From Chromatiales bacterium (lineage in GTDB: Bacteria; Pseudomonadota; Gammaproteobacteria; Steroidobacterales; GCA-2729495), in the NCBI GenBank assembly GCA_020351875.1, contig CP070671.1, positions 1,995,722 to 2,059,721 on the forward strand: 64,000 bases of DNA, written 5' to 3'. Of the stretch, positions 50,134 through 59,590 are shown piece after piece. Position 1 is the stretch's first letter; every line of letters begins with the position of its first letter. A program made the translations under genes and the position numbers. The notes beneath the pieces are model-generated. The model ran no database searches and was not told the DNA's origin. It saw nothing but the letters and a program-made list of their open reading frames with translations.

Positions 50134-51944
50134 GGCACCTCGTCGTCTGACGGTACGGCGTTCTCGTTGGACACGCCGCCGGGAAAATAAGCTTTCAGCA
50201 CGTACTGCTGCACCATGCGCTGTGTATTGAAGAACGCGCCGTTCAACGCAATCGCATGGCGCATCACGTTCGTGTAGCCGTCCGGGTTTCCGTAGAACAA
50301 CGGCACGATCACCTGCTCGAGCTTGTGATAGAGGGACCCGGCGTGCACGTTTGGGTCCTGCACCGCGTGCAGCTGTTCACCGGGTTCGCCGATGGCCCAG
50401 CCGGTCAGGCCTTCCACACAGCCCTCGATCCACCAGCCGTCCAGCACGCTCAGGCTGGGCGTGCCATTCACCGCCGCTTTCATGCCACTGGTGCCTGAAG
50501 CTTCATTGGGTGGCAGCGGGGTATTGAGCCAGAGGTCCGCGCCCGCGGTCAGGTGCCGGGCGAGGGCGAGGTCGTAGTTTTCCAGGTAGACCACCGGCAC
50601 CTCGTCGCCAAGGGCCCTAGCGAAGTAGACGATCTGCTGAATCAAGGCCTGGCCCGCTTCGTCCCGCGGATGCGCTTTGCCCGCGTAGATGACCTGGAGC
50701 TTGCCCTTGTCGCGGGCGATGGCCTTCAGCCGATCGATGTCGTGGAACAGCAGGTCGGCCCGCTTGTAAGTCGCGGCGCGACGGGCGAAGGCGATGGTCA
50801 GCACGTCGGGATCCATGATCTTGCCGGTGCGTTCCCTGACGATGCCCAGCAACCGCTCCTTGGCCTGCCGACGGGCCACGCGCAGCTCAGCGGCCGGAAT
50901 ACTCAGTGCCGCCCGCAGGCTGAAGTTGTCCCGGCGCCAGTCGGGTATGTAACGGTCGAACAGCGCCTGGATTTCCGCCGACGCCCAGCGCGCCACGTGC
51001 ACACCGTTCGTGATCGCATCGATTTCATAACCGGAAAACATGTTGCGCGTGATCTCGCCGTGTTTCTTCGCCACGCCGTTCACGTAACCACTCATGTTCA
51101 ACGCGAGGTAGGTCATGTTCAGTCGCACGCCGGGGCGTACGAGGTCCCGCACATGCGCGGCCAGGTGCGCGTCGGTCTGCAGGATTCGCTGGACCATGTC
51201 CACCGCGGCGGCGTCGCGGAAATCCACGTAATGCTGGGAATTGATCCCCAGCACCGAGTCCAGCAACTCCACCGGAAACTGGTCGTGACCGGCCGGTACC
51301 GGCGTGTGGGTCGTAAAGATGCACATGTCGTGCACGGCCTCGAAGTCTTCGCGGGTCACGCCGCTGCGGCCGTGCCGCGCGGACTCGTAGCGCAGCAGCT
51401 GGAAAATCAGCAGGGCAGGGTGGCCCTCGTTCAGGTGATAGCGGTCCAGCTGGTGGTAACCCAGCGCTTTCAGCATGCGGACCCCGCCGATGCCGAGCAG
51501 GATTTCCTGGCACAGCCGGTAGCGGTCATCACCACCGTACAGGTGATCGGTCAGCGCGCGGTCTTCGGGGGCATTTTCTGGCAGGTCGGCATCGAGGAAA
51601 TACACGGGCACCTTGTGCCGGCTGACACCCGGCACATCCAGCCGCCAGGCGCGCAGCACGACCATGCGGTCAGCAATCTCCACTTCGCAGCGCGCCGCAG
51701 TCTCGACGAGAAAGTCTTCCGGGGCCCACGCCACCGGTTCGGCGACCTGGTGACCGTCCGAGTTGAGGCGTTGGGAGAAGTAGCCTTTGCGATACAGCAG
51801 CGTGATCGCCGTCATCGGCACGCCGAGATCGGCGGCCGCGGCAATGGTGTCGCCGGCCAGCACGCCGAGCCCGCCGCTGTAGGTCGGCAGGTCGGACTCC
51901 AGCGCGATCTCCATGGAGAAATAGGCGATCTTCGGTTCGGGCAC
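50106..51944 (-). CDS. alpha-glucan phosphorylase (GT35 family)
   Basis: IAYFSMEIALESDLPTYSGGLGVLAGD N-terminus and EASGTSGMKAAVNG (PLP lysine region). Overlaps the maeA 3' end convergently by 28 nt. Confidence 0.88.
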   Translation of the reverse strand: MPEPKIAYFSMEIALESDLPTYSGGLGVLAGDTIAAAADLGVPMTAITLLYRKGYFSQRLNSDGHQVAEPVAWAPEDFLVETAARCEVEIADRMVVLRAWRLDVPGVSRHKVPVYFLDADLPENAPEDRALTDHLYGGDDRYRLCQEILLGIGGVRMLKALGYHQLDRYHLNEGHPALLIFQLLRYESARHGRSGVTREDFEAVHDMCIFTTHTPVPAGHDQFPVELLDSVLGINSQHYVDFRDAAAVDMVQRILQTDAHLAAHVRDLVRPGVRLNMTYLALNMSGYVNGVAKKHGEITRNMFSGYEIDAITNGVHVARWASAEIQALFDRYIPDWRRDNFSLRAALSIPAAELRVARRQAKERLLGIVRERTGKIMDPDVLTIAFARRAATYKRADLLFHDIDRLKAIARDKGKLQVIYAGKAHPRDEAGQALIQQIVYFARALGDEVPVVYLENYDLALARHLTAGADLWLNTPLPPNEASGTSGMKAAVNGTPSLSVLDGWWIEGCVEGLTGWAIGEPGEQLHAVQDPNVHAGSLYHKLEQVIVPLFYGNPDGYTNVMRHAIALNGAFFNTQRMVQQYVLKAYFPGGVSNENAVPSDDEVPQSTARYAR

Positions 51945-52058
51945 GACGCGTCTCGTTGGTCTAGCCCGATGATGGGCTAACGGGGCGCCCGAGTGAAAGG
52001 GGCCGGCAAGATGGCCCAGGCAGTCGGATCAGGCGCTTTATTTAACATAATATACATT

Positions 52059-52733
52059 ATGCGTCTTTTAGCACTGCCTGGCAGAGCCCCCGATCTGCCC
52101 GTCGCGCAGCAGATCGGCCAGAATATGGTCCTGCCCGGTGGATTTGCGCCGGACGCGTTCAACGCCTGGAGGACAAACGTGGGCGAAAAAGATCCGGTCA
52201 TCGATGCGAAGCTGAAGGCATGGACGGAAAAACAGCCCATGTTTTTCGTCGCCACCGCGCCCGCGGACGTCAACGGCCACGTCAATTGTTCGCCGAAAGG
52301 CCGCGACACGCTGCGCGTGGTCGGGCCCAGTGAACTCGTATACCTGGACATGGGCGGCAGCGGCATAGAAACGGTGGCCCACCTGCGGGAAAACCAGCGC
52401 ATCGTGATCATGCTCTGCGCCTTCGAAGGCCCGCCGCGCATCGTGCGCTTCCACGGCCGCGGCGAACCGGTATTTCCCGGCGATCCCAGGTTTGCCGGGC
52501 TGCTGGAAAAGTTTCCGCCACCGCCGGCGCCGCCCCGGTCGTTTATTCGCATCGACGTGACGCGGGTGGCGGATTCCTGCGGCTACGGCGTACCGCTGAT
52601 GGACTACCGGGCCGAACGCCGCTCCATCGAGAACTACGTGAGCGACAAGACTGATGCCGACCTGCAGGCGTTCATGGACGAGTACAACGAAGTCAGCATC
52701 GACGGCCTGCCCGGTCTGCCGGACAGAAACTAG
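52059..52733 (+). CDS. pyridoxamine 5'-phosphate oxidase-family (FMN-binding split barrel) protein
   Basis: MFFVATAPADVNGHVNCSPKG...VYLDMGGSGIETVAHL...IVIMLCAFEGPPRIVRFHG. Start trimmed to the ATG at 52059. Confidence 0.7.
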   Translation: MRLLALPGRAPDLPVAQQIGQNMVLPGGFAPDAFNAWRTNVGEKDPVIDAKLKAWTEKQPMFFVATAPADVNGHVNCSPKGRDTLRVVGPSELVYLDMGGSGIETVAHLRENQRIVIMLCAFEGPPRIVRFHGRGEPVFPGDPRFAGLLEKFPPPPAPPRSFIRIDVTRVADSCGYGVPLMDYRAERRSIENYVSDKTDADLQAFMDEYNEVSIDGLPGLPDRN

Positions 52734-55438
52734 CCGGCGGCCCGGCGCTGCCGTCGCAGACTCGCCTTGACCAACTCGATGACGGGCAGAATGCTGCCCG
52801 CTGTCATTCCCACCAGCAGCCAGTCCGCCGGACCCAGCGCGACGGTGCCGAAAGCCCTTTGCAGGAATGGCGTGTAAAGCAACAGCAGCAGCAGAAGCAC
52901 CTGCGAACCCACCGCGAGATTCAGCCAGCCGTTGGCAAAAGGTCGGCGAATGACCGGCACGTGCTGCGAACGAAAGCAGAACGCCTGGATGAACTCGATC
53001 AGGAACAGGCAGCTGAAAGTCAGGGTCATCGCGTGCGCCTGGCTGTAGCCCAGGGCCCGCGCACCGAGGTATAGCGCGAGCGTCACGGCGCCGGTCCAGA
53101 TGCCCGCCAGGACCAGCAGCAACGTGACCGGACGGGTGAATACGCCGGTTTGCGGGTTGCGCGGTGCCCGCTCCATCACGTCTTCCTCCACCGGATCCAC
53201 TGCGAGCGCAATGGCCGGTAAACCGTCCGTGGCCAGGTTCACCAGCAGGATCTGCGCGGCGGTCAGCGGCAACGGCGCACCCACCAGGGTGGCACCTGCG
53301 ATCAGGCCGATTTCGCCGAGGTTTGTAGACAGTAATAATAGTAGGAATTTCTGTATGTTATCGAATATTTTTCGACCTTCTTCTATCGCCGCTTCGATGG
53401 ACGCGAAGTTGTCGTCCGTCAGGGTCATGTCGGCCGCTTCGCGGCTCACCTCGGTGCCGGTGCGGCCCATCGCGATGCCGACGTTGGCCTTGCGCAGGGC
53501 CGGCGCATCGTTCACGCCATCACCGGTCATCGCCACCGTGCAGCCAGCCTTCTGCCATGCGGCCACGATGCGTAACTTGTGCTCGGGTGCGACCCGAGCG
53601 TAGACGCCGATCTGCTGCACGCGGGCGGCCAGTTCGTCGGCAGACATCGCATCGAGGTCTGCGCCGGTGACCACCGCGGTGTCGCTATCGAGCAGGCCCA
53701 GTTCAGAGGCCACTGCCCTGGCTGTGCCCGGATGATCGCCGGTAATCATCACCGTCCTGATGCCGGCCTTGTGACAGGTCGCGATCGCGTCGGCCACTTC
53801 TGCGCGCGGCGGATCCTGGATGCCCGCCAGGCCCAGCAGACACAGTTCCTGTTCGGCGGCTTCCAGGCCCGTATCACGGTGGCGGGCCACGGCGATAACG
53901 CGCAGCCCCTGCTCCGCCATCGCCCGGGCTTCGTCGAGCAGGCTGTCACGCTCGCCCGGGCTCAGCGCGCGCTCGCCGCCGTCCGTCAGCACGGCCGTTG
54001 CCGCCGGCAGAATGACTTCCGGCGCGCCCTTGGTGCAGGCCAGCCTGCCCTCCCCGGCCTGGTGCAACGTGGTCATCCGCTTGCGCTCGGAGCTGAACGG
54101 AATTTCGCCCACCCGCGGGTACGCTGCATGTAATGCGTCGAGGTCGATACCACCCTTCACGGCGGCGACCACGAGCGCGCTTTCCGTCGGGTCGCCCTGC
54201 GCTTCCCAACCATCCGGCGTGGGCAAGAGGCGGGCGTCGGACGCGAGCGCGCTGGCTTCCAGGAAGGCCTGCAGGGTATCTGTCAGGACGACGGCGTGAC
54301 CGCGCTCGGTGAAGTCGCCGTCGGGGGCATAGCCCTCGCCGGATACGTCGAGTTCGTGGCCTGCCAGCACGACACGCCGCAAGGTCATCTCGTCGCGGGT
54401 CAGGGTGCCCGTCTTGTCGGCACAGATGACGTCGACGCTGCCCAGGGTTTCCACCGCCGGCAGCTTGCGCACCAGCGCGTGGCGCGCGGCCATGCGGGTG
54501 ACGCCCGCCGCCAGCGCAATGGTGACCACGGCCGGTAGGGCTTCCGGTACCACCGCGACGCCCAGGGCCACGCCGAACAGCAGCATGTCGAGCCAGTCGG
54601 CCCCCCGGTGCAGCCCGGCCGCCACCACCAGCACCGCGACGCCGGCAGCCAGCACCGCCAGCACACGCCCGAGCCGATCCAGGTTGGCCTGCAGCGGCGT
54701 GGCCCCTCGCTCCACCGACCCCAGCAACACGGACAAACGCCCGACTTCCGTCTCAGTGCCGGTGGCAGTGACCACGCCCCGCGCACGGCCGTAGGTGATG
54801 GCGGTGCCCGCGTGCACGAGGTTACGCCGGTCGCCCACGGGCAACGCGCGGTTCGCCAACGCGTCGCTGACCTTGTTCACCGGCTCGGATTCGCCGGTCA
54901 GCGGCGATTCGTCGGCCCGCAGGTTGTGGGTCTCCAGGAGCCGCGCATCCGCCGGGACCCGGTCGCCCGCCTGCAGCAGCACCACGTCTCCAGGCACGAG
55001 CTGGCGCGCGCTCACGACGTGTGGGCGGCCGTCGCGCAGCACGGTGGCATGGGGCGCGGCCAGTTCCCGCAGTGCCTGCAGGGCCTTCTCCGCGCGGCTT
55101 TCCTGGAAAAAGCCGAGGCCGACACAAAACACCAGGATCACCACGATGGTCGCGGCTTCCAGCGATTGGCCAAGCACCGCGGACAAACCGGCGGCCAGGA
55201 ACAGGATCGGGATCAGCGGATTGCGAAACTGGTCGGCCAAATGCGCGAATGCGCTCGGGCGCGGCGGTTCGGGCAACTGGTTCAGGCCGACCTTGCGCAG
55301 TCGCCTGCGCGCCTCGCTCGAACTCAGCCCACCACGCGCAGACTTCAGCTGTTTGAGCGCGGCATCAGCGTCGAGCGCGTGCCACAACGGTCCTGCCTTG
55401 TGCGCAGCTTTCGCCGACGGAGCCGGTCCCGTTGTCAC
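52730..55438 (-). CDS. cation-transporting P-type ATPase (type II, Ca2+/Mg2+-like)
   Basis: ICADKTGTLT phosphorylation site, VPEALPAVVT (TM4) and MTGDGVNDAPALRKA hinge. The start is most likely the GTG at 55438, 19 nt after the upstream stop. The ATG at 55522 would overlap the upstream gene by 65 nt. Confidence 0.88.
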   Translation of the reverse strand: MTTGPAPSAKAAHKAGPLWHALDADAALKQLKSARGGLSSSEARRRLRKVGLNQLPEPPRPSAFAHLADQFRNPLIPILFLAAGLSAVLGQSLEAATIVVILVFCVGLGFFQESRAEKALQALRELAAPHATVLRDGRPHVVSARQLVPGDVVLLQAGDRVPADARLLETHNLRADESPLTGESEPVNKVSDALANRALPVGDRRNLVHAGTAITYGRARGVVTATGTETEVGRLSVLLGSVERGATPLQANLDRLGRVLAVLAAGVAVLVVAAGLHRGADWLDMLLFGVALGVAVVPEALPAVVTIALAAGVTRMAARHALVRKLPAVETLGSVDVICADKTGTLTRDEMTLRRVVLAGHELDVSGEGYAPDGDFTERGHAVVLTDTLQAFLEASALASDARLLPTPDGWEAQGDPTESALVVAAVKGGIDLDALHAAYPRVGEIPFSSERKRMTTLHQAGEGRLACTKGAPEVILPAATAVLTDGGERALSPGERDSLLDEARAMAEQGLRVIAVARHRDTGLEAAEQELCLLGLAGIQDPPRAEVADAIATCHKAGIRTVMITGDHPGTARAVASELGLLDSDTAVVTGADLDAMSADELAARVQQIGVYARVAPEHKLRIVAAWQKAGCTVAMTGDGVNDAPALRKANVGIAMGRTGTEVSREAADMTLTDDNFASIEAAIEEGRKIFDNIQKFLLLLLSTNLGEIGLIAGATLVGAPLPLTAAQILLVNLATDGLPAIALAVDPVEEDVMERAPRNPQTGVFTRPVTLLLVLAGIWTGAVTLALYLGARALGYSQAHAMTLTFSCLFLIEFIQAFCFRSQHVPVIRRPFANGWLNLAVGSQVLLLLLLLYTPFLQRAFGTVALGPADWLLVGMTAGSILPVIELVKASLRRQRRAAG

Positions 55439-55457
55439 GCCGTCGGCAAACCGGTTC

Positions 55458-56783
55458 TCAGCGTGCGGCTGCCTGTGCGGCTGCGGCCGGAATTCGTATG
55501 AACAGCACCCGTTCACCCGCATGCTGCCAGGCGACGTACAGCGTGCCGTCCGCGCCCATCGCGGTGACCGGGTATGACGCGTTGCCCGCCGGTGCCGGCA
55601 GTTCCTTCGGCGCACCCAGCACCGGGCTGTCGGGCTGTTTTTCAGCCATGTACAGCCGCCGGTCGCCGCCGGTCTTCGCCTGCCAGACGATGCGCAGGGT
55701 GCGATCGGGGGCGAGACTGAGGCACGGGGCATCCGAATACGCAGCTTCCGGGTGCACCGCCTGGCCGTCGCGGAAGCTCTGCCCGCCGTCGTCGGAGCGG
55801 GCCAGGTAAACGCCTGCCGGTTCCTCACCGGCCGTGTAAGACGCCGCGTAAACGGTGTCACCGTCCACCGCCATCGCGGTGGGTTTCAACGGACAGCCAT
55901 CGATCTTCCACGGTGCGAACGGCAGTCTCGCCACACTGCCAAAACTCTCGCCCCCGTCAGCCGACAGGGCCACCGAGCTGTCACGGCCGTCGGTGTAGAT
56001 GCGCCGGTAACCCATCAAGGTCGTGTCTTCGCCAAAGGCCATCGTGAGCTGGCAACAGGGACAGACGTCGTTGTCGCCGAGCGCGCGGATTTCGGTGCTG
56101 AAGGTCTTGCCGTCGTCTCGCGAGATCGCCACATACGCATCGGCACCGTCTGCGTTGTCCGCCATGCCGCGCACATCCTGCCATGCCGCGATAACGCTGC
56201 CGTCAGGTGCCAAACCCATCGTGCCGAAAGAAAAGGTGGCCGCCAGCCCCTCGCCCAGCAGTGTCTCCTGGTCGAACCCGGCTGGCCGGTGCAGCGTAAT
56301 CGGCGTGCTGAAGGTCTTGCCGTTGTCAGTGGACCGCGTGTAGCGCGCCGTCACCGTGTCCTTGCCCACGGACTCCGACCACTCGTTGCCCGGGAAAAAG
56401 ATGTGAATCGTCTGGCTGTCGCCGACCACCACACGCGGTTTGCTGACCTGGAAACCCCAGACCGATCCGGGTTCATCGTTGACCCGCATCGGCTCGGACC
56501 AGGATTCACCGCCGTCGGCCGACTGGCTGTAGTACAGGTCGGTCACGGACCGATGGCTGTGCTCGCCGGGTTTGCGCGGCTTGGGCGGCGGCCGGTCCGC
56601 CACCAGGCCCTTGTCGAGCCAGATCAGGTGAATGGTCCCGTCCGGACCCACGGTGATTTCCGGGCTGATACCGCGCCGCTCCGGCGAACTGATTTGCTGC
56701 CACGCATCGGCGGCGGTGGCCGGCAGACTCCAGGCCAGCGCGCATATCCCCAGCGCTGCCAAACAGGTACGGCCAGTCTTCAT
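55458..56783 (-). CDS. secreted BNR/Asp-box repeat beta-propeller (sialidase-fold) protein
   Basis: Signal peptide and five Asp-boxes: SADGGESW, STDNGKTF, SRDDGKTF, SADGGESF, SDDGGQSF. Confidence 0.8.
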   Translation of the reverse strand: MKTGRTCLAALGICALAWSLPATAADAWQQISSPERRGISPEITVGPDGTIHLIWLDKGLVADRPPPKPRKPGEHSHRSVTDLYYSQSADGGESWSEPMRVNDEPGSVWGFQVSKPRVVVGDSQTIHIFFPGNEWSESVGKDTVTARYTRSTDNGKTFSTPITLHRPAGFDQETLLGEGLAATFSFGTMGLAPDGSVIAAWQDVRGMADNADGADAYVAISRDDGKTFSTEIRALGDNDVCPCCQLTMAFGEDTTLMGYRRIYTDGRDSSVALSADGGESFGSVARLPFAPWKIDGCPLKPTAMAVDGDTVYAASYTAGEEPAGVYLARSDDGGQSFRDGQAVHPEAAYSDAPCLSLAPDRTLRIVWQAKTGGDRRLYMAEKQPDSPVLGAPKELPAPAGNASYPVTAMGADGTLYVAWQHAGERVLFIRIPAAAAQAAAR

Positions 56784-56813
56784 GAAATCCCTCCAGCGGC
56801 GTTCGCCGCGGAA

Positions 56814-57566
56814 CTAGCGGAAGAACTGCAGACCCATAAATATATCGTAATCCAGCTCGTCTTCCCCGTCGGGCTCCCGCAGGCCCGTCGCCGCGGAAAA
56901 CAGGAAGTGAAAGTCCTCGGTGAACGCGAAGTCGAAGCCTGCCCGCACGTCCAGCAGGTCATCCTCGAAATCGTTGTCCGTGGCGCCGGCCAACTCGAAC
57001 AACAGCTCCCACCGGTCGTTCAATCCGTAGGCGACTGCCCCCGAGTAGAACCATTCGTCCCTGCCGTCGTCCACGCTCGCGTAACCGGCCGACGCGTTGA
57101 TCCGCCACTTGTCGTTCAACTGGTACTGCGCTGGCAACAGGAACACGGCGACATCCTCGTCGTCGCCAATGCCTTTCTCGGCGGTCCTGCGAGTCACGCC
57201 GAAGGCATACAGGAAGCCCGCTGCGACCTGCAGCCGCTCGGTGTTGATGAAGCGCCACTTGATCCCGGTTTCGAGATTGCCGAAATCCCATTCGGAGTCG
57301 CCGTCGTCAGGATCCACGTAGACGTAGGGATAGGCCGCAAAGACCTGGACGGAGTCCTGGATCAAACCCAGGGACAAATCCAGAAACGGGGCCTGCCACG
57401 TGTCGCCGCCGTCCGTCGAGGTCAGCGTCGTGGCGGTAATGATTTCCCATTGCCACTGATCCAGGATCTCCGGATCTTCGGTCTGCAGCGGTGGTCCCGC
57501 GACCGCGGCCTGGCAGACGGCCAGCACGGCGACCAGCGCGGCTGGCCGGGTAAGGAACAGTTTCAT
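56814..57566 (-). CDS. outer-membrane beta-barrel protein (MetA-pathway/transporter-like)
   Basis: Signal peptide, alternating beta-strand sequence rich in D/G/Y, and a C-terminal ..FMGLQFFR. Confidence 0.6.
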   Translation of the reverse strand: MKLFLTRPAALVAVLAVCQAAVAGPPLQTEDPEILDQWQWEIITATTLTSTDGGDTWQAPFLDLSLGLIQDSVQVFAAYPYVYVDPDDGDSEWDFGNLETGIKWRFINTERLQVAAGFLYAFGVTRRTAEKGIGDDEDVAVFLLPAQYQLNDKWRINASAGYASVDDGRDEWFYSGAVAYGLNDRWELLFELAGATDNDFEDDLLDVRAGFDFAFTEDFHFLFSAATGLREPDGEDELDYDIFMGLQFFR

Positions 57567-57632
57567 AACTACTTGCCTGAGTGAGTCGAAAAAGCAGAAA
57601 GACGCGGCAGCGAACCGCGTTAGCCGGCAGAC

Positions 57633-57944
57633 TCAGGCTGTTGGCGGGGGTACGGGCGGTGGTGCGCGGGAGCCGATGCGCAGCGTATGCCGCTGACTGC
57701 TGATGGCCGCGCGGGCATCAACCGGGCGCAAGCCGGTATCCGCGACCGCACCGACCAGGTGGCCGGCCATATGACAGCAATGGTCGGAGTGCTCGGCGTC
57801 CTCCGGGTCGTCGCTGCCTGCCTGGTGCGAATGGGCGGCGCCATGGTCCGCGTGAGCCGGCGCCACGAATGCGGCCTCCCAGCCGCTGAACACGACGGCC
57901 AGCAACAGCAGGTTGGCAAGAATTCTGGCGGGCCCGGCATTCAT
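57633..57944 (-). CDS. small secreted His/Cys-rich protein (putative metal-binding)
   Basis: Signal-like N-terminus, then HADHGAAHSHQAGSDDPEDAEHSDHCCHMAGH. A competing overlapping frame (57620..57940) has no such features. Confidence 0.45.
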   Translation of the reverse strand: MNAGPARILANLLLLAVVFSGWEAAFVAPAHADHGAAHSHQAGSDDPEDAEHSDHCCHMAGHLVGAVADTGLRPVDARAAISSQRHTLRIGSRAPPPVPPPTA

Positions 57945-58000
57945 GGGTGGGGGATTATACGGCCCGCAAATCCATCCACGGTAGACGGTAATATCCGCCT

Positions 58001-58462
58001 ATGGACCTGCCCCTGCTGGTGACGCTGCTGACCACCTGCGTCATCGTCTTTGTCTGCGTGTTGCTCCACTACGAGGGCCTGCGCGCGCTCAGCCGCTGGA
58101 TCACTTCCGATCTGCTGCCGCCGCGCGGGCGCATCGTCACCATGATCTTCGGCCTGATCCTGCTCCATGCCGCAGAGATCTGGGTCTTTGCCGGCGGCTA
58201 TTTCTATCTAGAGGGCGTCACCGGCTACGCCGATTTCCTGCATTTCGGTTCTGGCGAAGGTCTCGTCGAGCGGCCGATGACGCTGTTCGACCATGCCTAT
58301 TACTCGGTCGTCACCTACACCACCCTCGGTTTCGGTGACATCGTGCCGGTCGGTGCGGTGCGCTTCATGACCGGCACCGAGGCGGTGACCGGCCTTGCGC
58401 TGATCACGTGGTCGGCGTCGTTTATTTTCCTGGAAATGCAGCGCTACTGGGGCCGCGACTGA
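58001..58462 (+). CDS. small potassium channel (Ion_trans_2, pore-loop protein)
   Basis: Selectivity-filter motif TYTTLGFGD flanked by TM helices. Confidence 0.85.
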   Translation: MDLPLLVTLLTTCVIVFVCVLLHYEGLRALSRWITSDLLPPRGRIVTMIFGLILLHAAEIWVFAGGYFYLEGVTGYADFLHFGSGEGLVERPMTLFDHAYYSVVTYTTLGFGDIVPVGAVRFMTGTEAVTGLALITWSASFIFLEMQRYWGRD

Positions 58463-58492
58463 CGCTGGCCCACGGCCCGGACTGGCGGTGCG

Positions 58493-59530
58493 TCAGCCGG
58501 TTTCCTCTTCCACACCCAGCCGTTTCTGCATGATCGGACTCGTGGTGGTGTATTGCAGCGGCACTTTCTTGCCGGGCTCGATGATGGCCTTGGCCGCAAA
58601 GGCCGCGAGTGCGGCTTCGTGAAAGCCGCTCAGGATGAGCTTCTTCTTGCCGGGATAGTCGGCGATGTCACCGATGGCAAAAATACCCGGGATGTTGGTC
58701 GAAAATGTCGAGGTATCCACGTCGATGGTCTTGCGGCCCATCTCCAGGCCCCACTCTGCAATCGGGCCGAGCTTGGGTGACAGGCCAAAAAACACCAGCA
58801 GCTGATCGGTTTCCAGCACGCGCTTGGTCTTGTCCTCCAGTTGCGTGATCTCTACGCCCGTCAGCCGGTCGCCATCCAGTTCGAGCCCCGTCGCGTTGGC
58901 ACTCAGGACGATGTTGGCCTGGCCGGAATCGGCCAGCGCGCGCAGTTTGTCGGCCGTCGCCTCCGCCCCGCGGAATTCGTCTCGCCGGTGCACCAACGTG
59001 AGGCTCTCCGCCTCCGGGGCGAGCTCCACCGCCCAGTCCAGGGCCGAGTCCCCGCCACCCAGAATCACGATGTGCTGGCCGGCGAATTGACCCGGGTTCC
59101 GGACCCGGTAGTGCAGCTGCCTGTCCTCCAGGCCCTCGGCCTCCGGGAAGCGCAGCTTGCGCGGCGTAAATGAGCCGACGCCGCCGGCGATGAACACCGT
59201 CTTCGTGTCGAAGAGTGTGTCCTTGCTGGTGCGCACCCGGAACACGCCGTCCTGCGCGGACACTTCCTGGACTTCTTCCCCGAGATGGAAGGTCGCGCCG
59301 AAGGGCTTGATCTGGGCCATCAGCTTGTCAACGAGTTCCTGCCCGGTGCACACGGGGACCGCGGGAATATCGTAAATCGGCTTGTCAGGGTATAGCTCCG
59401 CGCACTGTCCGCCCGGGTGTTCCAGGCTGTCGACGATATGGGCTTTCAGGCCCAGCAGGCCCAGCTCGAAGATCTGGAAAAGACCGCAGGGACCGGCGCC
59501 CACGATCAATGCGTCTGTCTGAATGCTCAT
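58493..59530 (-). CDS. ferredoxin--NADP(+) reductase, thioredoxin-reductase-like type
   Basis: DALIVGAGPCGLF FAD fold, HPGGQCAELYPDKPIYDIP and a second GGGDSALDWA dinucleotide fold. Confidence 0.88.
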   Translation of the reverse strand: MSIQTDALIVGAGPCGLFQIFELGLLGLKAHIVDSLEHPGGQCAELYPDKPIYDIPAVPVCTGQELVDKLMAQIKPFGATFHLGEEVQEVSAQDGVFRVRTSKDTLFDTKTVFIAGGVGSFTPRKLRFPEAEGLEDRQLHYRVRNPGQFAGQHIVILGGGDSALDWAVELAPEAESLTLVHRRDEFRGAEATADKLRALADSGQANIVLSANATGLELDGDRLTGVEITQLEDKTKRVLETDQLLVFFGLSPKLGPIAEWGLEMGRKTIDVDTSTFSTNIPGIFAIGDIADYPGKKKLILSGFHEAALAAFAAKAIIEPGKKVPLQYTTTSPIMQKRLGVEEETG

Positions 59531-59590
59531 GCTTTTGTGTTCGGGCCTGGGGGAACCTTGTGGGCTGGGGGCGAAACCTGCCGTTGGATG

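Noticed and set aside
55439-55861. Longer N-terminus of the P-type ATPase (ORF start at 55861 or ATG at 55522)
   Set aside because: It would overlap the BNR-propeller gene by 65-400 nt and encode Arg-rich nonsense. The conserved Cation_ATPase_N region (..LWHALDADAALKQL..) begins shortly after the GTG at 55438.
57620-57940. Alternative 106-aa frame overlapping the His-rich small protein
   Set aside because: It has no signal-like N-terminus or metal-type motif. The 57633..57944 frame was preferred, with low confidence; neither may be real.
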